From Macrostomum lignano (Eukaryota), in NCBI GenBank assembly GCA_002269645.1, contig NIVC01002811.1, positions 1 through 64,000 of the forward strand: a stretch of 64,000 nt of DNA. Reading direction: 5' to 3'. The notes beneath the pieces were generated by a model. That model had not been told where the DNA came from. It saw only the letters and a list, made by a program, of their open reading frames with translations, and did no database searches. Positions 13,125 through 25,934 of the stretch are shown here, in pieces. Made by a program: the position numbers and the translations under genes. Position 1 is the stretch's first letter, and each line of letters opens with the position of its first letter.

Positions 13125-16100
13125 ATGCTTGCCGCGGCCACAAGTGTCCAGACTTCCCCATCTGGGAGCCAGCTGATCCAGCAAATGAACAACTTGCAGT
13201 TCACTAGCGATGGAGCCGACTGGCAGCCGGAGTCGCCGAAGGAGCAAAAGAGAAATTTAGCTGAAGAAAATCCCATAGCCATTATAGAAGCCTTGTACCA
13301 GCGATACATATCGCCAGATAATGAGCCAAAGGTCAAAAGCGTTGAGGCAATCGAAAAACAGCTATGGGATGTTGTCAATAGTGAAAAGAGCGAAGAACTG
13401 CAAGTGAAGGAGAAAAGAAATGGTAAGGAGACTGGCTGGGTGCATTTTCCAACTCTAACAAAGGAAAAAAGTACCTTTAGTGCTTAATTCATTCTTACAC
13501 TATAGCTAAAAATTCGGAAATGGAAATAGAAAAAATTGCTTCCGAAAATACATTACAGTCTTCTGCAATGTTTTGTGCATATCTCCGGTCAAACATTACA
13601 GATCCGAGTCCTGGCCCCACCGCTTATGAGCAGCCTGCATTGTAAGTCAGATTTTTTTTCTTACACTCTTGATCAACTGCTGACTCTTGATCAACTGCTG
13701 ACTCTTGATCAACTGCTGACTCTTGATCACCTGCTGACTCTTGACTAAACTGCTGACTCTTGATCAACTGCTGACTCTTGATCAACTGCTGACTCTTGAT
13801 CAACTGCTGACTCTTGATCAACTGCTGACTCTTGATCAACTGCTGACTCTTGATCAACAGCTGACTCTTGATCAACAGCTGACTCTTGATCAACAGCTGA
13901 CTCTTGATCAACTGCTGACTCTTGATCAACTGCTGACTCTTGACTAAACTTTTGATCTACTGCCGACACCTTAGCCCACAACAATAAAACTTATTGCAAT
14001 AATTCCCTCTCACAAATGAACGCAGGCAAATCTCTTTCCCTGAGATGGCTTTGAAACCAAACGGTGGAGACGCAGTGACGGCAGCCCACGTCAACCTATT
14101 GCGCAATGACAGCCTGTGCGACACATTCACGTGCAGTGGGCTGTTCCAGCCGAATTGCGACAACCAAACAGCCCTAATGATTCTGGCGAGCCGACAAGAC
14201 CTCTCGGGTGTTGAATATTGCTGTTTGTTTCTAAAAGATGGCGACGGCGACTCGCTATTCGGACCTCTAGTCGAGTCCGCTCTGCTACAATCCGAGCAGA
14301 TATTTCGACACCTGTTAGAGAAGCTCTGTCGCAATGGATGTGAGTAAAATATGTTGCTAAAACACAATTCTAAACTTTTTTTAAACTATTTTTTTAACTA
14401 AGAATTCAGCGCATGCAAAAAAACAACAAAAACTGTGTATCAAAGCAGCCTTGTAGAGTTTCACAGTGGCTGTTTATTGTTTATGACAACATACAGAGCA
14501 ATACTCAAGAGCACTGTAGGTCAGCTCTCAAGACTCGGGTGCACTGTTGCGTTTATTTGCTGCTCAAAAAATACGGCTACGTCCCTATTCCGGCTCTCTA
14601 ACCCTATCTTTTACGCTGCTATTGTGTAGTCTTGTCGCCTTAAAAAACAAATCTTAAGAAAGAATGATGAGAATTTCTGTCTTCATAGTGCTGCTAGGCA
14701 GAAAGGCTCACGCTTTCGTTCGGGGCTTTAACCGCTCTTATTATCTCGATCTCGCTGAGCATTATACGTTCAACTAATGATGCTAATTACTTGCAGTTGG
14801 CTTAGTCTGAAATAACCTAGTTGAAAGTCTAGAGCCACAAGCAATTAAATTAGGGGACTGCGAAACACAAAGTTCAGAGCAATGACGAGTCAAGGAAGTG
14901 CCGGATTGTGTTTGATAGAGTGCCGGATTGTGTTTGATAGAGTGCCGGATTGTGTTTGATAGAGTGTCGGATTGTGTTTGATAGAGTGTCGGATTGTGTT
15001 TGATAGAGTGCCGGATTGTGTTTGATAGAGTGTCGGATTGTGTTTGATAGAGTGCCGAATTGTGTTTGATAGAGTGCCGGATTGTGTTTGATAGAGTGCC
15101 GGATTGTGTTTGATAGAGTGTCGGATTGTGTTTGATAGAGTGCCGGATTGTGTTTGATAGAGTGCCGGATTGTGTTTGATAGAGTGCCGGATTGTGTTTG
15201 ATAGAGTGCCGAATTGTGTTTGATAGAGTGCCGGATTGTGTTTGATAGAGTGCCGGATTGTGTTTGATAGAGTGCCGGATTGTGTTTGATAGAGTGCCGG
15301 ATTGTGTTTGATAGAGTGCCGAATTGTGTTTGATAGAGTGCCGGATTGTGTTTGATAGAGTGCCGGATTGTGTTTGATAGAGTGCCGGATTGTGTTTGAT
15401 AGAGTGCCGGATTGTGTTTGATAGAGTGCCGGATTGTGTTTGATAGAGTGCCGAATTGTGTTTGATAGAGTGCCGGATTGTGTTTGATAGAGTGCCGAAT
15501 TGTGTTTGATAGAGTGCCGGATTGTGTTTGATAGAGTGCCGGATTGTGTTTGATAGAGTGCCGGATTGTGTTTGATAGAGTGCCGGATTGTGTTTGATAG
15601 AGAACCGGATTGTGTTTGATAGAGTGCCGAATTGTGTTTGATAGAGTGCCGGATTGTGTTTGATAGAGTGTCGGATTGTGTTTGATAGAGTGCCGAATTG
15701 TGTTTGATAGAGTGCCGGATTGTGTTTGATAGAGTGCCAGATTGTGTTTGATAGAGTGCCGAATTGTGTTTGATAGAGTGCCGGATTGTGTTTGATAGAG
15801 TGCCGGATTGTGTTTGATAGAGTGCCGGATTGTGTTTGATAGAGTGCCGGATTGTGTTTGATAGAGTGCCGGATTGTGTTTGATAGAGTGCCGGATTGTG
15901 TTTGATAGAGTGCCGGATTGTGTTTGATAGAGTGCCGGATTGTGTTTGATAGAGTGCCGAATTGTGTTTGATAGAGTGCCGAATTGTGTTTGATAGAGTG
16001 CCGGATTGTGTTTGATAGAGTGCCGGATTGTGTTTGATAGAGTGCCGGATTGTGTTTGATAGAGTGCCGGATTGTGTTTGATAGAGTGCTGGATTGTGTT

Positions 16101-19100
16101 TGATAGAGTGCCGAATTGTGTTTGATAGAGTGCTGGATTGTGTTTGATAGAGTGCCGGATTGTGTTTGATAGAGTGCTGGATTGTGTTTGATAGAGTGCC
16201 GGATTGTGTTTGATAGAGTGCCGGATTGTGTTTGATAGAGTGCCGGATTGTGTTTGATAGAGTGCCGGATTGTGTTTGATAGAGTGCCGGATTGTGTTTA
16301 ATAGAGTGCCGAATTGTGTTTGATAGAGTGCTGGATTGTGTTTGATAGAGTGCCGGATTGTGTTTGATAGAGTGCCGGATTGTGTTTGATAGAGTGCCGA
16401 ATTGTGTTTGATAGAGTGCCGAATTGTGTTTGATAGAGTACCGGATTGTGTTTGATAGAGTGCCGAATTGTGTTTGATAGAGTGCCGGATTGTGTTTGAT
16501 AGAGTGCCGGATTGTGTTTGATAGAGTGCCGGATTGTGTTTGATAGAGTGCCGAATTGTGTTTGATAGAGTGCCGGATTGTGTTTGATAGAGTGCCGAAT
16601 TGTGTTTGATAGAGTGCCGAATTGTGTTTGATAGAGTGCCGGATTGTGTTTGATAGAGTGCCGGATTGTGTTTGATAGAGTGCCGGATTGTGTTTGATAG
16701 AGTGCCGAATTGTGTTTGATAGAGTGCCGGATTGTGTTTGATAGAGTGCCGGATTGTGTTTGATAGAGTGCCGGATTGTGTTTGATAGAGTGCCGGATTG
16801 TGTTTGATAGAGTGCCGGATTGTGTTTGATAGAGTGCCGGATTGTGTTTAATAGAGTGCCGAATTGTGTTTGATAGAGTGCTGGATTGTGTTTGATAGAG
16901 TGCCGGATTGTGTTTGATAGAGTGCCGGATTGTGTTTGATAGAGTGCCGAATTGTGTTTGATAGAGTGCCGAATTGTGTTTGATAGAGTACCGGATTGTG
17001 TTTGATAGAGTGCCGAATTGTGTTTGATAGAGTGCCGGATTGTGTTTGATAGAGTGCCAGATTGTGTTTGATAGAGTGCCGAATTGTGTTTGATAGAGTG
17101 CCGGATTGTGTTTGATAGAGTGCCGGATTGTGTTTGATAGAGTGCCGGATTGTGTTTGATAGAGTGCCGGATTGTGTTTGATAGAGTGCCGGATTGTGTT
17201 TGATAGAGTGCCGGATTGTGTTTGATAGAGTGCCGGATTGTGTTTGATAGAGTGCCGGATTGTGTTTGATAGAGTGCCGGATTGTGTTTGATAGAGTGCC
17301 GAATTGTGTTTGATAGAGTGCCGAATTGTGTTTGATAGAGTGCCGGATTGTGTTTGATAGAGTGCCGAATTGTGTTTGATAGAGTGCCGGATTGTGTTTG
17401 ATAGAGTGCCGGATTGTGTTTGATAGAGTGCTGGATTGTGTTTGATAGAGTGCCGGATTGTGTTTGATAGAGTGCCGGATTGTGTTTGATAGAGTGCCGG
17501 ATTGTGTTTGATAGAGTGCCGGATTGTGTTTGATAGAGTGCCGGATTGTGTTTGATAGAGTGCCGAATTGTGTTTGATAGAGTGCCGGATTGTGTTTGAT
17601 AGAGTGTCGGATTGTGTTTGATAGAGTGCCGAATTGTGTTTGATAGAGTGCCGGATTGTGTTTGATAGAGTGCCGGATTGTGTTTGATAGAGTGCCGAAT
17701 TGTGTTTGATAGAGTGCCGGATTGTGTTTGATAGAGTGTCGGATTGTGTTTGATAGAGTGTCGGATTGTGTTTGATAGAGTGCCGGATTGTGTTTGATAG
17801 AGTGCCAGATTGTGTTTGATAGAGTGCCGAATTGTGTTTGATAGAGTGCCGGATTGTGTTTGATAGAGTGCCGGATTGTGTTTGATAGAGTGCCGGATTG
17901 TGTTTGATAGAGTGCCGGATTGTGTTTGATAGAGTGCCGAATTGTGTTTGATAGAGTACCGGATTGTGTTTGATAGAGTGCCGAATTGTGTTTGATAGAG
18001 TGCCGAATTGTGTTTGATAGAGTGCCGGATTGTGTTTGATAGAGTGTCGGATTGTGTTTGATAGAGTGCCGAATTGTGTTTGATAGAGTGCCGGATTGTG
18101 TTTGATAGAGTGCCGGATTGTGTTTGATAGAGTGCCGAATTGTGTTTGATAGAGTGCCGGATTGTGTTTGATAGAGTGTCGGATTGTGTTTGATAGAGTG
18201 CCGAATTGTGTTTGATAGAGTGCCGGATTGTGTTTGATAGAGTGCCAGATTGTGTTTGATAGAGTGCCGAATTGTGTTTGATAGAGTGCCGGATTGTGTT
18301 TGATAGAGTGTCGGATTGTGTTTGATAGAGTGCCGAATTGTGTTTGATAGAGTGCCGGATTGTGTTTGATAGAGTGCCGAATTGTGTTTGATAGAGTGCC
18401 GGATTGTGTTTGATAGAGTGCCAAATTAGATTAAAAATACATCGGAAAACAAGGTTGTAAAAATCTCAAGCAGAGTTACTCATAGTTTACGAGCTGGTGC
18501 TGCTGTGGCTCACTCAACTAACTGCTTGACTATAATCGCCCCCGCGCGAGCAAATGCAAACTAGACTTGAATGGATTCAAAGTTCCACTTTCGACTGAAC
18601 AAGCGTTGCCAATGTACATTGAGAGACGAACGAGCATGGCACTAATTTTGTACGCTACAGCAGCCTCTCAAGCCCACAAAATAGAAGTCTTTCTTGACTA
18701 CAGCAAAAACCGCACCTAACGTTGTTTCCTTACTAAGCTTCTATTTTTAGCTATTTTTCTTCCAGGTAAATCAGGTGATACTCTGGAAAGCTAGCTGTTT
18801 AAAATAACATCAACGTGTCCTTCTGCTCAAAAATATTTGTTTTTCGAATTTGCAAAAACAAAACTACTTTTTATGCTTGTTTTAAAAATTTGTACGCTAA
18901 AATGTATGCTCTTTTGTCTACTACTCACAGTAGTCTAAACTATATTCTACTCACAGGCGCTCCGATTGCTTTTGTTGACCGGCCGATCGGCGGATGGAAA
19001 TTTCTTAACGCCGATCTGCATCAGTTCAAAGGCTGCAGCCTTGAAGAGGCACTGAGGCTCTGCGGCCGACTGCCAGACCGCTATGAGCTGATAAGGCTGG

Positions 19101-19123
19101 CCAAGAAGTTTGGAAGCGAATAG
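13125..19123 (+). CDS. Spliced gene of unknown function (about 270 aa) with one ankyrin-like segment
   Basis: Phase-compatible exon chain 13125-13422 / 13602-13641 / 14026-14339 / 18957-19123 with GT(A/G)AG donors and CAG acceptors; a possible extra exon lies near 14410-14520. NQTALMILASRQDLSGVEY resembles an ankyrin TALM motif. Confidence 0.6.
13665..13945 (+). repeat. 18-bp minisatellite (ACTCTTGATCAACTGCTG)n in intron 2 of the unknown gene
   Basis: About 15 near-identical units; source of the LTLDQL / ESAVDQ pseudo-ORFs. Confidence 0.97.
14898..18423 (+). repeat. 22-bp satellite (AGAGTGCCGGATTGTGTTTGAT)n, about 160 copies, intronic
   Basis: Continuous 3.5-kb array; variants cluster in the CCGG core. 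Confidence 0.99.
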
Positions 19124-19277
19124 AGAGCGCATGGCTGCTATCTATTGGTGCTACACTGCACATAAAGATTTTAAATATGTGTATCCCCCTTTGCCTGGCA
19201 TGCTTAGTTCATTGCCGTTGTCAAAAAGTACACCTGGGAGCAAATCGAAAAGGATAGGGGAGCTTCATTAAACATAG

Positions 19278-20350
19278 TCGAGGGGGAATTAGGACCATAG
19301 ACATGGTCGGGGAATTAGGGCCATAGACATTATCGGGGAATTAGGACCATAGACATTATCGGGGAATTAGGACCATAGACACGATCGGGGGAATTAGGAC
19401 CATAGACATGGTCGGGGAATTAGGGCCATAGACATTATCGGGGAATTAGGGCCATAGACATTATCGGGGAATTAGGGCCATAGACATGATCGGGGAATTA
19501 GGACCATAGACATTATCGGGGAATTAGGACCATAGACACGATCGGGGGAATTAGGACCATAGACATGATCGGGGGAATTAGGACCATAGACATTATTGGG
19601 GAATTAGGACCATAGACATGATCGGGGAATTAGGACCATAGATATGGTCGGGAATTAGGACCATAGACATGATCGGGGAATTAGGACCATAGACACGATC
19701 GGGGGAATTAGGACCATAGACATGATCGGGGAATTAGGGCCATAGACATGATCGGGGAATTAGGACCATAGACATGATCGGGGGAATTAGGACCATAGAC
19801 ACGATCGGGGGAATTAGGACCATAGACATTATTGGGGAATTAGGACCATAGACATGATCGGGGAATTAGGACCATAGATATGGTCGGGAATTAGGACCAT
19901 AGACATGATCGGGGAATTAGGACCATAGACACGATCGGGGGAATTAGGACCATAGACACGATCGGGGGAATTAGGACCATAGACATGATCGGGGAATTAG
20001 GGCCATAGACATGATCGGGGAATTAGGACCATAGATATGGTCGGGAATTAGGACCATAGACATTTTCGGGGAATTAGGGCCATAGACATGATCGGGGGAA
20101 TTAGGGCCATAGACATGATCGGGGAATTAGGACCATAGATATGGTCGGGGAATTAGGACCATAGACATTATCGGGGAATTAGGGCCATAGACATGGTCGG
20201 GGAATTAGGGCCATAGACATGATCGGGGAATTAGGGCCATAGACATGATCGGGGAATTAGGACCATAGACATGATCGGGGAATTAGGACCATAGACATTA
20301 TCGGGGAATTAGGGCCATAGACATGGTCGGGGAATTAGGGCCATAGACAT
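19278..20350 (+). repeat. 26-27-bp minisatellite (GGGGAATTAGGACCATAGACATGATC)n
   Basis: About 40 units with variable G-run length. Confidence 0.98.
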
Positions 20351-20822
20351 TCCAAATATGATTGGCAGTTGCTATTCCACTGTCAATTTTTTTACAAATA
20401 CTTCGTATTTACACAGCTATATCTCTCTGAAAATCAAACAAATTACTGGGTTTCATTTTACTCATTGTAAAAATCTTTTGCCATAAGGATTTAGTAATCT
20501 CTCTCAGTCTCTCCTCACAGGTTCTGCCATAAAATTATATTTAAAAATTTCTACCATAATTCTCAGTGACTATATATGCTGTTATCATTAAAGAACTCAT
20601 GGTTTCTTGCACAGCATGAGAATTAAAATTTGATTTCATTTTTTGCGATTTTATAGAGTCCGTCCTAGTAGATGTGATTTTTGTATAAAATTCAACTATC
20701 TTTGTGTTTAACACCATTTTTATTTTATATCAATATACATTCCAGCGAAATTTTAAATGTACTTTTTTAACTTACGCCCTTGAGTGCAAATTGAGTAATG
20801 AAGCAGTACTTCGGGATTCCCT

Positions 20823-22638
20823 ATGGAGAGTAGCCCCAGTTTAGTGTGGAGGGTAGCCCCAGTTTAGTGTGGAGGGTAGCCCCAGTGTAGTGTGGAGGGT
20901 AGCCCCAGTTTAGTGTGGAGGGTAGCCCCAGTTTAGTGTGGAGGGTAGCCCCAGTTCAGTGTGGAGGGTAGCCCCAGTTTAGTGTGGAGGGTAGCCCCAG
21001 TTCAGTGTGGAGGGTAGCCCCAGTGTAGTGTGGAGGGTAGCCCCAGTTTAGTGTGGAGGGTAGCCCCAGTTTAGTGTAGAGGGTAGCCCCAGTGTAGTGT
21101 GGAGGGTAGCCCCAGTGTAGTGTGGAGGGTAGCCCCAGTGTAGTGTGGAGGGTAGCCCCAGTTCAGTGTGGAGGGTAGCCCCAGTTCAGTGTGGAGGGTA
21201 GCCCCAGTGTAGTGTGGAGGGTAGCCCCAGTTTAGTGTGGAGGGTAGCCCCAGTTTAGTGTGGAGGGTAGCCCCAGTGTAGTGTGGAGGGTAGCCCCAGT
21301 GTAGTGTGGAGGGTAGCCCCAGTTTAGTGTGGAGGGTAGCCCCAGTGTAGTGTGGAGGGTAGCCCCAGTTCAGTGTGGAGGGTAGCCCCAGTTCAGTGTG
21401 GAGGGTAGCCCCAGTGTAGTGTGGAGGGTAGCCCCAGTTTAGTGTGGAGGGTAGCCCCAGTTCAGTGTGGAGGGTAGCCCCAGTTTAGTGTGGAGGGTAG
21501 CCCCAGTTTAGTGTGGAGGGTAGCCCCAGTTTAGTGTGGAGGGTAGCCCCAGTTTAGTGTGGAGGGTAGCCCCAGTTTAGTGTGGAGGGTAGCCCCAGTT
21601 TAGTGTGGAGGGTAGCCCCAGTTTAGTGTGGAGGGTAGCCCCAGTTTAGTGTGGAGGGTAGCCCCAGTTCAGTGTGGAGGGTAGCCCCAGTTTAGTGTGG
21701 AGGGTAGCCCCAGTGTAGTGTGGAGGGTAGCCCCAGTTTAGTGTGGAGGGTAGCCCCAGTTTAGTGTGGAGGGTAGCCCCAGTTCAGTGTGGAGGGTAGC
21801 CCCAGTTCAGTGTGGAGGGTAGCCCCAGTGTAGTGTGGAGGGTAGCCCCAGTTTAGTGTGGAGGGTAGCCCCAGTTCAGTGTGGAGGGTAGCCCCAGTTC
21901 AGTGTGGAGGGTAGCCCCAGTTTAGTGTGGAGGGTAGCCCCAGTTTAGTGTGGAGGGTAGCCCCAGTTTAGTGTGGAGGGTAGCCCCAGTTTAGTGTGGA
22001 GGGTAGCCCCAGTTTAGTGTGGAGGGTAGCCCCAGTTCAGTGTGGAGGGTAGCCCCAGTTTAGTGTGGAGGGTAGCCCCAGTGTAGTGTGGAGGGTAGCC
22101 CCAGTTTAGTGTGGAGGGTAGCCCCAGTGTAGTGTGGAGGGTAGCCCCAGTTTAGTGTGGAGGGTAGCCCCAGTTTAGTGTGGAGGGTAGCCCCAGTGTA
22201 GTGTGGAGGGTAGCCCCAGTTTAGTGTGGAGGGTAGCCCCAGTTCAGTGTGGAGGGTAGCCCCAGTTTAGTGTGGAGGGTAGCCCCAGTTTAGTGTGGAG
22301 GGTAGCCCCAGTTTAGTGTGGAGGGTAGCCCCAGTTTAGTGTGGAGGGTAGCCCCAGTTTAGTGTGGAGGGTAGCCCCAGTTTAGTGTGGAGGGTAGCCC
22401 CAGTTCAGTGTGGAGGGTAGCCCCAGTTTAGTGTGGAGGGTACAGTTTAGTGTGGAGGGTAGCCCCAGTTTAGTGTGGAGGGTAGCCCCAGTTTAGTGTG
22501 GAGGGTACAGTTTAGTGTGGAGGGTAGCCCCAGTTCAGTGTGGAGGGTAGCCCCAGTTTAGTGTGGAGGGTAGCCCCAGTTCAGTGTGGAGGGTAGCCCC
22601 AGTTTAGTGTGGAGGGTAGCCCCAGTTCAGTGTGGAGG
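20823..22638 (+). repeat. 21-bp minisatellite (GTGGAGGGTAGCCCCAGTTTA)n
   Basis: About 86 units with TTTA/TGTA/TTCA variants; two units near 22440 and 22505 carry a short internal deletion. Confidence 0.99.
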
Positions 22639-23169
22639 TATGCTTAAATTTGCATTGTTCAACGAGCGTTAGCAGTGCACTAGCTATTTATATTCAATTT
22701 TAACCCAGATGATTTTTAAACGCTTTATATACTACTAAACATTTTGCGGAGTAGTACTGTTATGTAGAATTTCATACAAATGCTTGAAATATCAGCCCTG
22801 GCTGATTGTAATTTAATTATAACTTTTTTGTTTCATTTAGAATTTCATGTAGAATTTCATTGCCTCAATGCTAGAGTAATTGATGAAATATATGAGTATA
22901 TTTGCTTATTTACTTATCAATCCAGCAATTTTAATCTTTGAAGAAAAATAAGTAATAATTATTTTACTGCACTGCACGCAGTGTGCCATTTTTAATATCG
23001 TTTCATTGCACAAATAGAACCGAAGCACTCGTGGGTTTTCACATTTATTGAACAAAGCAAACCCTTATTATTCAATAATTAAAAACCATTCTTTTCATTG
23101 CATTTTGAATTATTAAAAACTGTTAGAGTGATACATTTGTATTATTATTTTATTGACTCTGCCCCGCGG

Positions 23170-23300
23170 TGGTGTCAAACGGGGGTCCCTCAACGATGCT
23201 TTGGTGGGGAGCATTCGCTGGTATGGATGGAGCGAGGTCTCATCTCAACGCTCGTGTGATGTCGAACAGCCACAGCTTCCGCCATATTCACCCTTTATAT
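23170..23300 (+). mobile_element. Possible Tc1/mariner DDE transposase remnant
   Basis: GGPSTMLWWGAF resembles the Tc1 GGxSVMVWGxF motif; very short and frameshifted. Confidence 0.25.
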
Positions 23301-23959
23301 ATCAGCACTGCACTGAAAGCGGCAGTAACACAGAGAGAATTCACAGAGAGAACTCTATTACTGGAGTTCGTCTTCATTCGTAAACTGTAATTCAAAATAT
23401 TTGTAGTCACAAATTGCTTCGTTCCGTGTGCATTAGATATGCACAAGCGCACGATACCTCCAGCTTTGTGAACCCTTTACTTTCCTGAGTAACTTCCTGA
23501 GCCACCATTCAGCATCATTAATAATGCAAGTTGGTGATTTCAGTGCTGGGGTACTGATGACGGGCGTACCTTGCGCGGGCTGTTCTTCGTGTGCCGGCGT
23601 GTGGGGGTGCGTGGGGTGGCGGGGAGGCTGGCCTTTTATGTACGTGGCGCACACTTTTTCTGTTATCCTATGATTTTTGTTTCTCCTGTTTACTTAATTT
23701 TGTTTCTTTTATGCTTCAATACTATCGAAATATACTCGTACTTGATAGCGGGCTCGCTTCGCCTGCCCTTCGTCGTCCTCGCCATCCCCGCGCCTTCCGC
23801 CTTTGTCCTGTTGGCTAATGAAAAAAAACGGCGAACGGCAGTTGCTTCTGACTGAACCCAAATTTATTTTTCACCAAAAAGTAAATTGGCAGACTTTGTA
23901 ATGCCATTGAAATTGTTTGTTTATCAGATCCCGTCTTTGTCGGTTAGAGCTGTTGAGGC

Positions 23960-25934
23960 TCAGCAGTCGGGAATGTCGCAGTAGCCCCAGCTGCTAGCCG
24001 TGTAACACCAGGGTCCGGTGCCCGACGAGGCGGGGTTCCTGCAGTAATTCTGCGCGTCGTTCTTGTTCCGGTCCGGGAACTCGAAACCGTTGTAGTAGTT
24101 GGTCCTGGCGTCGTTGGTTTTCCACGGGATGCAGGCCTCGCCGTTCTTTGTTTGGCTCTTTGTTCCAGCGTAGGTAAGACCGTTGCCGACTTTGCACTCC
24201 CTCCCTGTGTGGTGCGATAGTGACATTTATGGAATGGCCTCATCCAAAGTTTGCTCATTGCTGAAGCCTCCCACATCTACCAACCCCACTAAGTCACAGA
24301 CCACAGCCAGTGATAGTGCACTGATAACATTTCTGCCGCATTGCTGCTGAAGCCGCCTCAAGCCCGGTTTGGCCAGGGTGGCACCAACTCACTGTCAATG
24401 GTTGTCAGCTTCTCGCACAAGTCGCTGGTCACGTTGATAGATTTGGCGCACACTTTGCCAACATTGACACCGCCGCACCAGCCGCAGGTGGCTTTGCAGT
24501 TCTGCTGGGCGAACAATAGGTAGGGCGAATCGGCGTCGCAGGCCCGGATGGTGGGGTAGTCCCTGTAGGCAGGGCAGGACGGGTTGAGGTCCTTGCACTC
24601 GCTGGTGCTGTCTGTGCTGGGCGGCGCGGAGCAGCGGTCACCGGCGCAGTTCATCTTGTCGCTGCACAACCCGTTGTCCAGGCACATCTGGCCGCTCTTG
24701 CACTGGGTGCACGGCTCGCCACTAACGTAGGGCTTCTTGCCCTCGATGTTGCCGCCGGGGCCGTAGTTGCAGACGAGTCGGCCGTGCGGCTTGCCGGAGC
24801 ACTGGTCGTAGGCGCAGCCGAGGCACTGCGTCTCCGCCCACACCAGCGCCGTGTAGTGGCCGCAGACGTGGGCCCGGCCGGCCTTGGCGGTGTCGCAATA
24901 GTTGTTTTCGAAGTCGTAGCCGTTGCACTCTTCAAGGAAGCCCTCCATAGCCCTGAAAAACGGTAACGTACAATCGTGTTGCAGAATCGCTTGCACCCAA
25001 GTGGCATACAGCTGCACGTCCAACAAGATCGTTTAATTACGAGCAAAGAGCGAAAACAATGTGAAAAAGGATAGATGGATAGAATTTTTTCTGGCAGAGT
25101 TGAGGTGACTCGAAAATTACCAGATGACCTGGGAACTTTTGAGCATTGTCATATATCAGGCCGACAGTGGACAGGAGTTCTCAGAGCCAACAAGAAGTGA
25201 TGACTGTTCCACCGATCTGATTTTGTTTGCTCCTCACGGACGAAAGTCTTACGACAATTTTCAAAACCAATTACCGTGCGGAAGGGAACCCTTTGGTTTC
25301 AATCTTTGCAAGTTCTTAGAAAACATGGTTGGATTTCAAAACTCACTCATCAATTGGCGACGATCGCAAGGTGTTCATGAGGCTCTGGCCTACATCCGGG
25401 AAGTTGGCCGTCTTCCGACCGGATCGCTTGTCGTGCGGCGGGCCGCTGCAGTTGCTGGCGTGCTCCTGGGCCTTGGCGACGAGTTCCTCGCACCAGCACT
25501 TGATAAAGTAGCGATGAGTAATGAGCAATGAACAATATAGAGGGGTGAGTTTCAGGCGGAGGGGTCCTAGGTGTCGGGGAACATCAAAGGACCCATCAAA
25601 AGAGCGTGTGGTGTCGTACGTAAACGGCTGGGTTTAAACTAGAGCTCACCAAGGCCTGCATGTTGGCAGCCTTTGGCTGCGACTTGTAGCCAGTATCTCC
25701 ACCCTTGGCCACCTGAGCTCGGATCCGGTTGTGCTGGCACATGATGTACAACTTGGCATTGTCCGACAGACCGATGGCGTGCTCCAGCGGGCCGTACAGC
25801 GAGAAAGCTGGCGTTATGATGGGGCGGAGGTCAAGGATGCTGGTTTGTTGCAGTTTAGCTTCACAGTTGGAGTGAAGAGTTCACTTACCAGACGGCAGCA
25901 GGGCCAGCAGAACGATGGGAGCAAAGAGTTTCAT
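23960..25934 (-). CDS. Secreted CAP (SCP/TAPS, CRISP-like) protein with C-terminal ShK and kringle domains
   Basis: Exons 25889-25934 (signal peptide MKLFAPIVLLALLPS), about 25650-25839 (HNRIRAQVA..QPKAANMQAL), 25347-25498 (WCEELVAKAQEHASNC..VGQSL), 24393-24952 (GHYTALVWA..LVCNYGPGGN, hinge, six-Cys ShK CKDLNPSC..CKATCGWC) and 23960-24204 (kringle ..NYCRNP..GPWCYT..WGYCDIPDC). Introns 2-4 are phase-matched; the first junction needs a 30-nt intron or a 1-nt frameshift. Confidence 0.9.

Noticed and set aside
16298-18424. 708-aa ORF (ALYQTQSGTLSNTIRHSIKHNP repeats)
   Set aside because: Translation of the 22-bp satellite on its stop-free strand; it lies inside an intron.
14898-22638. Regular 21-27-bp repeats as possible CRISPR arrays
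   Set aside because: Units are head-to-tail with no unique spacers, there are no cas genes, and the context is eukaryotic.
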